Virus record (IMG/VR): IMGVR_UViG_3300005662_000052
Coordinates: 1-56,024 of that record
Length of the DNA: 56,024 nucleotides
Direction: 5' to 3' (one strand)
Source: a virus
Taxonomy: Duplodnaviria > Caudoviricetes
Position numbers and translations under genes: made by a program. This document shows positions 37,430-47,500 of this stretch, piece by piece. Numbering within the stretch: position 1 is the stretch's first letter; the number at the start of each line of letters is the position of its first letter. The notes under the pieces were generated by a model that worked only from the letters and a program-made list of their open reading frames with translations, was not told the origin of the DNA and did no database searches.

Positions 37430-38437
37430 TTATTTGTTTGTTTGGTATTTTTTCTTTTCTTTTCTTGTTAACTTTAAAAAGGGTTTTACAAAATTAACCC
37501 ACGCATCGTCCCCTTTAGGTAGGAACTTAAAAAAACCGTCTTCCATCATAAGTTTAATTAAGTTTCGATAACCTCTACCTTCAGGGTCTAATGTCTCATT
37601 ACAATAAAGTTCAACGATTTCTTTTCCTTCTTCTGTGATAATTGGGTTTGATAAGTCAACAATCTTTTGATTGATTTCGAAGAATTCCTCTCCATATATT
37701 CCCGTTTTTGTTTTTCCTGTTAGTAAATTCTTTAATACCTTGTTCTCTTTGTCCTCTTTTAAGAGTTCTTCAGCTCTATTTAAAATATCGGTAAAAGAAA
37801 TTGGTTTTTCAAGTATCTCAGGAAATAATTTTACTAAAGTTTTTTCCCCCAAATAGTAGATTCCGTCAATATTGTCTGATTTATCACCGGATAATATCTT
37901 AAAAGTCTTAACATTATAGTGTGGGAACTCGTAATCATAAATTTTAATTTTATCCCCAAACTTATAGTATTTCCTTGTTGATGGTGAATATATTGTTACG
38001 TTTTCAGAAATTAATTGGGTTAAATCTTTATCGGATGAAAAAATTGTTTTTTGTTCATTTGTGGAAATTTGACAATAATAAGCCATTAAATCATCGGCCT
38101 CATTTTTTTCAACATTTATTTGTCTAACAAATGTTTCTTCTAAATATTGTTTGATTCTTTCTTTTTGATAATTTGAAGATTCTTCCTTAAATGGATTATC
38201 TGAATCTCGTCTGTTTTCTTTATACTGGGGATATAAGGTTTTTCTTGCGATTGAGTTTTCATTTCCGTCCCAAAACACAACCACCTTATCGAAATTACTT
38301 TCCTCAATAAACTTTCTTAGAGTGTTCACGAAGTGCCAGATTGCTCCAATATGTCTACCGTTATGGTAATAATCCTTTACTCCGTGAAATCCAATTTTAA
38401 ATAGGTTGTTTCCATCAACCAATAATGTTTTTATCAC
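37430..38437 (-). CDS. 5'-3' exonuclease / flap endonuclease (T4 RNase H, PolI N-terminal-like)
   Basis: LLVDGNNL, YKENR, EADDL, SSDKDLTQL, GDKSDNIDGI. Confidence 0.92.
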   Translation of the reverse strand: MIKTLLVDGNNLFKIGFHGVKDYYHNGRHIGAIWHFVNTLRKFIEESNFDKVVVFWDGNENSIARKTLYPQYKENRRDSDNPFKEESSNYQKERIKQYLEETFVRQINVEKNEADDLMAYYCQISTNEQKTIFSSDKDLTQLISENVTIYSPSTRKYYKFGDKIKIYDYEFPHYNVKTFKILSGDKSDNIDGIYYLGEKTLVKLFPEILEKPISFTDILNRAEELLKEDKENKVLKNLLTGKTKTGIYGEEFFEINQKIVDLSNPIITEEGKEIVELYCNETLDPEGRGYRNLIKLMMEDGFFKFLPKGDDAWVNFVKPFLKLTRKEKKKYQTNK

Positions 38438-38447
38438 TTTTTATTTT

Positions 38448-39437
38448 TTAGTCTTCCAAACTATCCACCATTTCCTCATCCAATAAAATCTCACCAGTGC
38501 CTGAAAGAACCGCGTTCCAATAACTTGAGTATTGTTTTTTATATTCTTCCAAAGCCTCTTTTGTGTCAGCAATATATCCTTGTGGGACTGCAATAATTTT
38601 ACCATCATTATACCCTAAACCATTTACGTGATTTTTGATAATTGATATTTTGGTTCTAATTGCGTATCTAACAGTTCTACCGTTTTTAGTTGCGGTAATG
38701 TGGTTAATACCCGCTTTCTTCTGATTTCCAAATAGGAATACTAATGAGGACGCTAACCATAATGCTTCTCCACCTTTTGCCTTAATTTCAGGTTGTCCAA
38801 ATGGATTATCAGGTAAATCAACCCAAGGTTGATTAACTACTACCATAGTGTTATAATATGGATAATCTTCTTTTTTTGATTTCGAAATTCTTGAATGAAC
38901 TCCCATACCAATTCTATCGGCTAAAGCAGATGCGTTGTGCATTTTCCCACCCTTACCTTCAAATGTCATTTTGCAAGGAATTGAGCCAACTGAGTCCCAT
39001 AAGAATAATAAACTATATGGTAAGTCTCCTTTTTCTTGAGTATCCAATACTTCGTTAATGAAATCGGTTGCCTGTTCAATATAATCAAAACTATCGTTAA
39101 AAATAAAATCCCCATCCCACTCTCCTTGTTCATTTTGTTCTGCCTTTAAACCAAGTTCAACCGCGTGAGACCAACTCCATTTTTTTTCCGTAATTATGAA
39201 TACAGGTAGATGTCCTTTCTTTTGAGCGTCGACACCTGCCAAAATCATCGCGGTTGTCTTGCTACTATTAGAGTGACCTAAGAACATATTAATACCTCCC
39301 ATAATAGGGCCTGGTAACCCGCAAGCCCCCATAAAAGCGTCTCCACAACTATAATAACTTTCAGGTTTATATTTAGTTTTAGTAGAGAATTTAGATTTTA
39401 TGGAATCTAATGTAATTTCTTTCTTTTTAATTGCCAT
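38448..39437 (-). CDS. uvsX: RecA/UvsX-like recombinase
   Basis: Variant P-loop GHSNSSKTT, FLWDSVG, VVVNQ, KGGEAL, IIKNHV. Confidence 0.85.
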   Translation of the reverse strand: MAIKKKEITLDSIKSKFSTKTKYKPESYYSCGDAFMGACGLPGPIMGGINMFLGHSNSSKTTAMILAGVDAQKKGHLPVFIITEKKWSWSHAVELGLKAEQNEQGEWDGDFIFNDSFDYIEQATDFINEVLDTQEKGDLPYSLLFLWDSVGSIPCKMTFEGKGGKMHNASALADRIGMGVHSRISKSKKEDYPYYNTMVVVNQPWVDLPDNPFGQPEIKAKGGEALWLASSLVFLFGNQKKAGINHITATKNGRTVRYAIRTKISIIKNHVNGLGYNDGKIIAVPQGYIADTKEALEEYKKQYSSYWNAVLSGTGEILLDEEMVDSLED

Positions 39438-39654
39438 AGTATTTATAAAAAGTTTTAATTGTTTCTAATTTATCATTAGCATTTGCAATTTTTTCTACTA
39501 ATTTATCCATCTCTTCTATATGTTGTGGATGTTCTCCAATACCAACAGGTGATTGAAAATAAACTAATAGTGATGCTTCAGCTTCTAATGCTTGTGAATT
39601 GTATTTGGCACATAAAGCCTCGTACATTTTTTCTGTGATTCTTTTTTCGTTCAT
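39427..39654 (-). CDS. small conserved-looking phage protein
   Basis: PVGIGEHP motif resembling small T4-like phage proteins; coupled to uvsX. Confidence 0.7.
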   Translation of the reverse strand: MNEKRITEKMYEALCAKYNSQALEAEASLLVYFQSPVGIGEHPQHIEEMDKLVEKIANANDKLETIKTFYKYYGN

Positions 39655-39671
39655 AAGTTAAATGTAATAAA

Positions 39672-39692
39672 GCGTGGACGAATAGTCCACGC
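39672..39692 (-). terminator. hairpin / probable intrinsic terminator after ssb
   Basis: GCGTGGAC-N5-GTCCACGC perfect 8-bp stem followed by TTTATT on the minus strand. Confidence 0.72.
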
Positions 39693-39707
39693 CAAGATTA
39701 ATAAATA

Positions 39708-40553
39708 TTAGAATGGCATATCTCCATCCGGTTCCGCATCTTCTTGTGGGTCTTTTGTAGATTTTTTACTACCCATATCGATAGTTTCTTCGTGAGAATT
39801 ACTATACATATACTTACCCGCATCTGAATCCCAACGTGGAGTTTCTCCTCTTGCAATTGCTTCAAGATATTCTTCAGGTTTTTTAGAGTAAACATCTTCC
39901 CAAGTTAACTCATCATTAACCCAAGAATCCATTGTTTCTTTCTTTTCGTGGATTGATGCCGGGTCGTCATACATAATTGTTTGAATAACCGTATATACAG
40001 CGCCTGTTGGTGTTTTCGCTTTGGTTAATTCAAGAATAATATCTCTTCCTTTTTCAGGGTCTGTGATATCTCCTTTGTTTTTCCAAATCGGAATAATTTT
40101 ATCTAAGATTCCTTCGTTTTTGTAGTTGTGTTTGAATCTCCAGAACTTTACTCCGTCAGCTTCGTTATCTCTATCAACAACTTTAACGATATAAAACTTA
40201 CGTGGTTTGTATTGTGTTGCCAATTTCTTATCCGATTCTTTTCCAGTTGCCATTAACTCTTCATAAACTTCACTTAAAGGTGAACGTTCATTGTCGTTTT
40301 TACCTGGGTCATAGAATTTTTGCCATTTACCGTCTACCTGAACTTCATGAAACCATACTTCTTTGAATGGTGAAGAACCGTCTTTTGTCGGTAGAATTCT
40401 TAGTCGTTTTTGTCCTTGTTTTTCATTGTCTTTAAGGATTGCTGCGAAGTATTTTTTCATCCTGTCTTCTTGAGACATTTTAGAGGTGGATGAAGACCCC
40501 TGTTTTGAATTTTCGTACTGTGCTAGTACCGCGTCTAAACTGTTTGTCGCCAT
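39708..40553 (-). CDS. ssb: single-stranded DNA-binding protein (T4 gp32-like)
   Basis: RLRILP..DGSSPF, DITDPEKGRDI, acidic tail ending DGDMPF. Confidence 0.85.
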   Translation of the reverse strand: MATNSLDAVLAQYENSKQGSSSTSKMSQEDRMKKYFAAILKDNEKQGQKRLRILPTKDGSSPFKEVWFHEVQVDGKWQKFYDPGKNDNERSPLSEVYEELMATGKESDKKLATQYKPRKFYIVKVVDRDNEADGVKFWRFKHNYKNEGILDKIIPIWKNKGDITDPEKGRDIILELTKAKTPTGAVYTVIQTIMYDDPASIHEKKETMDSWVNDELTWEDVYSKKPEEYLEAIARGETPRWDSDAGKYMYSNSHEETIDMGSKKSTKDPQEDAEPDGDMPF

Positions 40554-40581
40554 AATTGTATAAAATTTAATTGTTTATGAT

Positions 40582-40613
40582 AAAATATAAGTGTCAGCCC
40601 TTGTAATGTCAAA
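40582..40613 (-). promoter_or_regulatory. near-consensus Bacteroidota-type promoter (TTTG-N20-TATATTTT) for ssb
   Basis: TTTG at 40613-40610, TATATTTT at 40589-40582 (1 mismatch). Confidence 0.58.
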
Positions 40614-40618
40614 TAATT

Positions 40619-40636
40619 GGAGGAATTTCTTCCTCC
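40619..40636 (-). terminator. short hairpin, possible terminator of the upstream late operon
   Basis: GGAGGAA-N4-TTCCTCC; weak U-tract. Confidence 0.45.
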
Positions 40637-40649
40637 CGTTATATATTAT

Positions 40650-41330
40650 TTAGTATTTAAATTGGTTGAAAGCGTTGGTATCACCGTCTCTTCCTTCTTC
40701 AAAATTTCTAAAACTTTTTTTAACTTCTGATGGTGAAAAATCTTCAACCTCATCCTTTGTTAAAATGTATTCTTCTCTACCTTGTTTTTCAAAATCGTCT
40801 TGTTTGTCTTCAAAATATTGTGATAATTTTTGATTGAAAGGTCCTGAATCTAAACTTCTTAATTCCATTTTTTCTTCAGGAGATTTAACTCTATATTTCT
40901 CAACTTTAGCCTCTAAGTCATTTAACTTATTAACAATTGTATCCATACTGGATAATTTTTGTTCTAAATCTTGTAATGATTTAAATAGGTTGTTAAAATA
41001 TTCTTCTTGTTTATCCTCAACCTTTTTTTGGGAGGTTACTAAATCAGTAATATCTAATTCTTTTTTATTTTCTTCTTTTTCATCCCCAATTTTTTCAACA
41101 TCAGGGTCTGTTGTTGTATCAACAGGTGATGGTGGTGGTGTTCCTGCCGCCGCTGGGTCTGCCGGTGGAACTGCCGCTGGGTCTGCCGGTGGAACTGCCG
41201 CTGGGTCTGCTGGTGGAATTCCCGCTGCCGCTGGGTCTGCCGGTGGTGGAGGTAATTCTTGTTCAGATATATAACGATTAATGTTATTATATCTTCTAAC
41301 TTCCTCTAATATTTTTTGTTCTATTTTCAT
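40650..41330 (-). CDS. acidic coiled-coil protein with PPADPAA repeats (possible scaffold/internal virion protein)
   Basis: 4x PPADPAA, coiled coil LQDLEQKLSSMDTIVNKLNDLEAKV. Confidence 0.72.
   Translation of the reverse strand: MKIEQKILEEVRRYNNINRYISEQELPPPPADPAAAGIPPADPAAVPPADPAAVPPADPAAAGTPPPSPVDTTTDPDVEKIGDEKEENKKELDITDLVTSQKKVEDKQEEYFNNLFKSLQDLEQKLSSMDTIVNKLNDLEAKVEKYRVKSPEEKMELRSLDSGPFNQKLSQYFEDKQDDFEKQGREEYILTKDEVEDFSPSEVKKSFRNFEEGRDGDTNAFNQFKY
41149..41247 (-). repeat. GC-rich 24-bp tandem repeat (about 4 copies) encoding PPADPAA(V)
   Basis: GCCGCTGGGTCTGCCGGTGGAACT at 41149 and 41173 (identical), 41197 (2 mismatches), partial at 41227. Confidence 0.9.
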
Positions 41331-41331
41331 T

Positions 41332-41556
41332 TTATCCGTTTAATAATTGTTTAACTCCAGTTGTTGTTTCAACTTGAATTTTTTTATTAGTTTTCATGGT
41401 GTTATCAACTCTTTCAATAAGACCATCTTTCATTCTTACCATATAACATTCTCCGGTGTCTAAATCACAAACTTGTTTTGACCCATTACCTAAATCCTTT
41501 TCAGATGTTCTTGTATTCTTACCAAGATAACTATCTAATATTAGTTTTGTACTCAT
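41332..41556 (-). CDS. hypothetical late protein (74 aa)
   Basis: ATG with TATTTAT at 41576-41570; CDLDTGEC. Confidence 0.72.
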   Translation of the reverse strand: MSTKLILDSYLGKNTRTSEKDLGNGSKQVCDLDTGECYMVRMKDGLIERVDNTMKTNKKIQVETTTGVKQLLNG

Positions 41557-41599
41557 ATCTTTTTTTATTATAAATATCTTTTATTTGTAAAAAATATTT

Positions 41600-44500
41600 T
41601 TAAACTATTGTTTGTTCAAAAATATTTATAGCGTTTTTGGTTCTACCTTCAAAATTACTTTTAGATTCGCTTGATAAACCGTCATAAATATTGTTGTCTT
41701 TTGTTGTGGGTGATGAGTTTAAAAATACAAACTTAGAAATACTTTTTTCATTAAGTTGGACTAAACTCATTTTATTTTTCCACCTAGAAACAAAAAAATC
41801 AACTAACTTTTCCGGACTTTCAAAAATTGCCGTTGGTTTTTTTAATTTATTAGAACAATAGTAATTATCTTTAACAAAAAATTGTTCCCCATTTGACCAA
41901 TATTCATCTAAAGTAACGTACGCATAATTGTTACCATAAGCATTCAATGTATTATTTCTAAAACTAGATAAGTAAAATTTGGCAAATATTGTATATCCCA
42001 ATTTACTATCAAATCCAATTGTTTTTTGGTTAATTATTCTTTTCATATCTGAAAATGATATACTAACAAATCCAGTGTCTTGATTAATATACTTACTATA
42101 TTTAGGGTCTAAATTTTCAATACAAGCATTAATATTTGCGGAAACCGATGTTGTTGAAGTACCATCTAAAGTTTTACTAATATCGGTTTGTTGTTGTGAA
42201 TTTGTTGTGTTTCCAGTGGTACTACTATCTTTCTCTTTGTTTTTCTTTTCCGCCTTAGCAATTACAGAACTAATAATGTTAGCCTTTAGCGATTGTAAAT
42301 AATCGTCAACAAATGAGAGTTGTGCAATACTTTGTCTACTTCCTTTAATATAAGTCATGAAAGAACCTTGTGATATTGTATGATTAACTTCCAATATCAT
42401 ATATGGCCCACTAAACATAGGTACGTGTCTTAAATTAAAATACATCGTTGGTTGTATTAACGCATTTCCCATCATAGTTAATGAACAGGTATAACTTCTG
42501 TTTTTATACAGATTATATAATGATATACTTTGAGTTGAGCCTCCTCGGCTATTATTAACGTTCCCCATTTGAGTAATAATCTCAATCGATTCTGTGGTTG
42601 CTTTACCAACGGTTTGAGCAACATCAAATCCAACAAAAATTTGTTGATTTTGTGGTCCGATATCAACGTTAAACCCAACAACTTTATTAGAAAGAGCCCA
42701 ATCTTTCTTGTCAACTAAATCATCAGATAAAACATCCCCCGCTCTTCTTAAATCAAACGCGTCTGTTCTATATCTAAAATCAACATTGTCTTTCAAGTCT
42801 AAATTTTCACCTGGTTTACCCGCATAAAAACAAACCATCTTTGCGGAAGATTCTCGATAATCAACATTCATATGGGTACCAAATAAAGTATTTGCAAACT
42901 CTAAAGTTCCTTCGCTTCTTGGTATTGGATTTTTTACCGCGTCTTGTACGTTATAAAAATTAACATACGATGGTAAATTCATAACTAAAAAGTGATTGTC
43001 GATTAAGATAGATTGGACATATGTTAACACACTGGTTGTGGTATTTGGTTTGGATAACATGGTTTGTAACTTTGATATGTCGACCAATACTTTTTCACCT
43101 ATATTTCTACTTGCCCTATCCATTAATAAAACATCTTCAAATAATGTTTTATTTTCAAAATCATTTCCCGCAATCCACTTATCATTTAACGCCTTAAATG
43201 ATTGATATATTTCCGATTTTGTTTGTTGTCCACCTGAAATAACACTTACCTGTCTTCTGTCTGAAGTTATTGTTGTTTTTGGTAGTTTAGTTTGTAATTT
43301 GATAAACAAACTATTTAATATTTTATTTGAAAAGGAATCTAAACTATCAAAGTACTGTCTTAACAATTCATCAAAAATTATTTTTTTATTTTTTAATTTA
43401 TGTGTCGCGTATAGTTTTATTATGGGTGCAAAATTTTTAATGTTATTAACAGTAAACGCAATATTAAGGTCAATAAAAAAGTCGGTAATATAAGAACCAT
43501 TTGTTTTATATTTTAATTCATCGATTTCTGAAAACCCAATATGAACTTGCAACGCCTTCCATTCATCAGGGTAATTATTCACGGATTGCGCCAATGTTGT
43601 AACTCCTGTTTGACTTGGTAATGCGTTAGGTGTTAATACGGTGTACGCCTCCCAAGTATATGGGTCGACAATATTTTGATTAGCAAATGTTTTAAATAAT
43701 CGAGTGTCAAAAGATGATGGGTTACCATATTTAAAAACGACATCATAATTTAAGAACCCAGATATTTTTTGCATCACATTGTCCAATTGTACACTTTGTA
43801 TTTTTTTAACAAAATCATCCCCATTCAAATAAGTTTGTTTGGTGACTTTCATCATTTCCCTCATTAGACCTTGGAAATTTTTAAATGTATTTTCAGATGG
43901 AGAGTCTTGTATGTTTCCGTCATACTTATCGTTTTGTGAAATTGGGTCTTTAAAATCGTAAATCGATTTTGAAAAATCTAAAAAGATACTTTCAAATTTA
44001 TCTAAAACTCCTTTTTCAAAAACCGAAAACATTTCTGATATTGGAGTGTATTCTCCGTAGTATCTGATTGAAAAATTTTCTTGATTTTTTTCCCTACTAA
44101 AAACTTTTTTCATATACTCAAAAGGGGCTGGTTTGTATAATAATTCATCATCAAAAAATCCGTAATTTGGTGCTGCCCAAAACAATCTAACAGACCCATT
44201 GTACATAGCGGTATTACCAATAACTTCATTTTTTAATTTATTAGGGATACTATTAATATCAAAACACTCATTTAATGTTTGATTTATTAAAGAGCCGTGT
44301 GATGGTAAAACAAATAAATTGGTATTATCTTTATAATCATTTATGGCTAATGACCAAGGAACGATTCTCATTTGTCTTTGATTATTTATTGGGTCAAATC
44401 CTTTTGGGGAATCGATAATGGAACTTTGTGAGTAGTTTAACGTTATACCCGAACTAAACCCTAATTCTATATCAGCACTAGTATAATTTCCATAAACTTG

Positions 44501-47500
44501 AAATCCTTGTAAGAACACATTAAAATCGTCAATCAATTTTGGATAAAACCCAAGATTAATTGTGTTATATTCTTCAGGTCCGTTATAAGTTGTTTTTTGT
44601 AATGTGAATTCAGTTAAAGCGCTTTTGTTTATAAACGTATAGGTTTTTGACGGATTATTAGTTATCGGGTCATAATTATTTACGTAACTAAATCCTGTCC
44701 AAGAAGTGTTTAATATATCATTTCCTGTTTCAACATATTTTTTATATCTATGCCATATAGAACCAAATTTTAAAATCCATGCGTATGGGACTTTATGTAC
44801 CGCACCAAATTTTTTGATTGTTGCGAAAATATAGTCTAAATCGGTTACACTACCGTTTTCATAAGTTTTATATTTTTCTCTTAATGTTGATAACGGTAAA
44901 CTATTAATAAAATAATAAGCCGAGCTAACAAAAGGATATGGTGAATAATTTCTGAAATTAGAAATACCTTCCTGTATTGAATTAATAAAATACGGTGTGT
45001 TAAAAATTGATGTTGTTTGTATGTAATTAAGTTGATTTACATACCCACTATAAATAACATTCCCTTCGGAAGGTAATTGTTTGTCATTAGTCCTATTCTT
45101 ATAAAAATCTTTTAGATTAAATGTTGCTAATTGATTTCCGTTTGATTTTGGGAAGTCGTAATTTATATAATTAAAATTACTTATTGGTCTTCTATTATAC
45201 GAATCTGCGTTATCCACAAAATTACAAATTATCTTTCTGTTTTGATTGAAACTAAGGACTTTATTTGTATTAAAAGCCAAAATAGAATTAGGCGCGGTTG
45301 ATGAATCCGATAAATTTTCAATTATCCATTTTTGATTTGTAAAAGGATATATGTCGGTAAAATCAATAAAATTAGATGTAACCGAATTACCAATATAATT
45401 AGATAAATCACTTTCCTTTAATAATGAAACCATAGGACTTGTTTTAGAATTTTCTAAGATATTTTTACTATAAATTAAAAAACCATTATCAACGCTTTTA
45501 TTTTTAATATAGGTTGTGTTATATACACCTCTTATATGATTCTGCCAACTTTGACCGACCCCTTCGTTTGAAAAATGTCGTATCGCTTCTAAAAAATTAT
45601 TAGCATTAAATCCGTATTCTGTTAACTTTTTAATAATATATGGGTCTGAACTTGACAAACTATTTAACATATTTTCAGTTTCAGACTCCGAAATTAAATC
45701 TATGATTTTATCAGTATCAGGAAGTGAATTAACGACTCTTGATAATTTTGAAACGGTGGTTATGAACTGAATTCGTTCATATATCTCAAAAAAATATTTA
45801 ACCTCTTCTTTATTTGAATAAATGTTATTTTCTATTGGGAATTCTATTACATTTAAGGATATTCTTTTAATATCTAATCCTTCATTACTAACCAAATCAC
45901 CGCCTGAAGGTAGGTTGTCTTTTTCAACTAACGCGCTTATAAACTCTTCAACAAATTCAACTTCTGGCCAAGCATCCGGGTCATTAGATTTTATTTGACT
46001 TTGGAAGGTAATATCTCCAGGATATCTTATTTCATATTTTTCTTTACCTTTTTCATTAGCCGTTGCAACAATAAATTGAGGCCAAGGATATATAGGTTGG
46101 TCACCATCAACTCCCGGAGTTAAATTATCGGGTGACGCAATTGCGGTTTCAGAATTAAAAATCGCATCTCTTCTATATTTTCTAATAGTTTTGTTTTCGT
46201 TTAATAACCAAGCGTTTTTTGATGTCTCATCCAATAATCTAATAAACGCTTCTGCAGATGCGAAGAAAACGGATAATATATTTCTTATATTTGGTACAAA
46301 ACCAATACCCGAGTCCTTACTTTGTAATAAATCATATAAAGCGTTTGTTAAATCATCCTCAATTTTTTTTCTATGGTCTTTTAATTGTTTAGATAACGCA
46401 CTTAATTTTTCGACAAAAGTTGTATTAGGTTTTAATACCGAATTATTAAAATCAACCACTTTAGGACCTATTGTTAAACCAACATTTTCATTGTCGAACT
46501 TAAACCAATATTGTACTTTCACTAGTTCCCCATCAACTTTTTTAGTTTCACCTATATTAAATTTATTCTCTAATTTTTGGTCTGATTTAAATTTCATAAA
46601 ATCAGGGTCATTATCATCTGGAATTGTTTTTAATTTTTTTCTAGATATGTAAGTTTCTTTTATATCAATATCAGTATCAAAATCTGTTACTTGAACTTGG
46701 AATGTTGATAACCGAATATTACAATCTATTGTTGATGAGAATGTTTTATTACCTATTTTATAACTTCCATTACTTCCAACAGTTTCGTTTAAATTTAGTT
46801 TATTATTAAATTTTGTTATTAAATCATTAAGTTCGTTTATTGCGGTTGTTGAATTTGGTATTGTATTTTTTAACGGATAAATTTTTATTTTTTGATTCAA
46901 TCCTGTGTTATAGATAAAATAATTTTCGGTATCGATATTTCTTTTAAACCAAGAATCGTTAACCGCGGTATAAACTTCTTTTTTATAATCTGAGATTGTA
47001 TCTTGATATTCTTTCATTTTGGTCAGTGGGTATGTATTTTCTTGACTAAGTGATTCAAATATAGATTTAATAAAATTATCTATTCTATTTTTTAATTGTA
47101 TTATGGTTAATTCTGGAAAATCGTCAGGTATTAACCCTTTTGTTTTATATTCACTATAAACCTCTTTAATTTTTTGATAACCTTTCGCAACAACACTATC
47201 TTTTACTGGTGTGTATTGGGACGGAGTTCCTTGTTTAGTTTCAACAGATAAACTACTTTTAAACATATGGGGAACGGCCAATAAAGCCCCCATACTAACT
47301 TCGCTAAGTAATGTGAACTTATAAGAGTAAAATGTTAATGTAATTTCAAAATTTGTTGTTGAGTAATTATATGAGGATGTAAAATTCTGTAACATTAAGG
47401 TTAATCTAACCGCCTTACCATAATAACCTTTTAAGGTAAGATAAAACATAGGATATGGTAGATTAAAAAACGCCGCATATGGTGAATTGTCCGCACCTTC

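Noticed and set aside
41149-41247. 24-bp repeats as a CRISPR array
   Set aside because: Head-to-tail without unique spacers, in-frame inside a CDS, no cas genes
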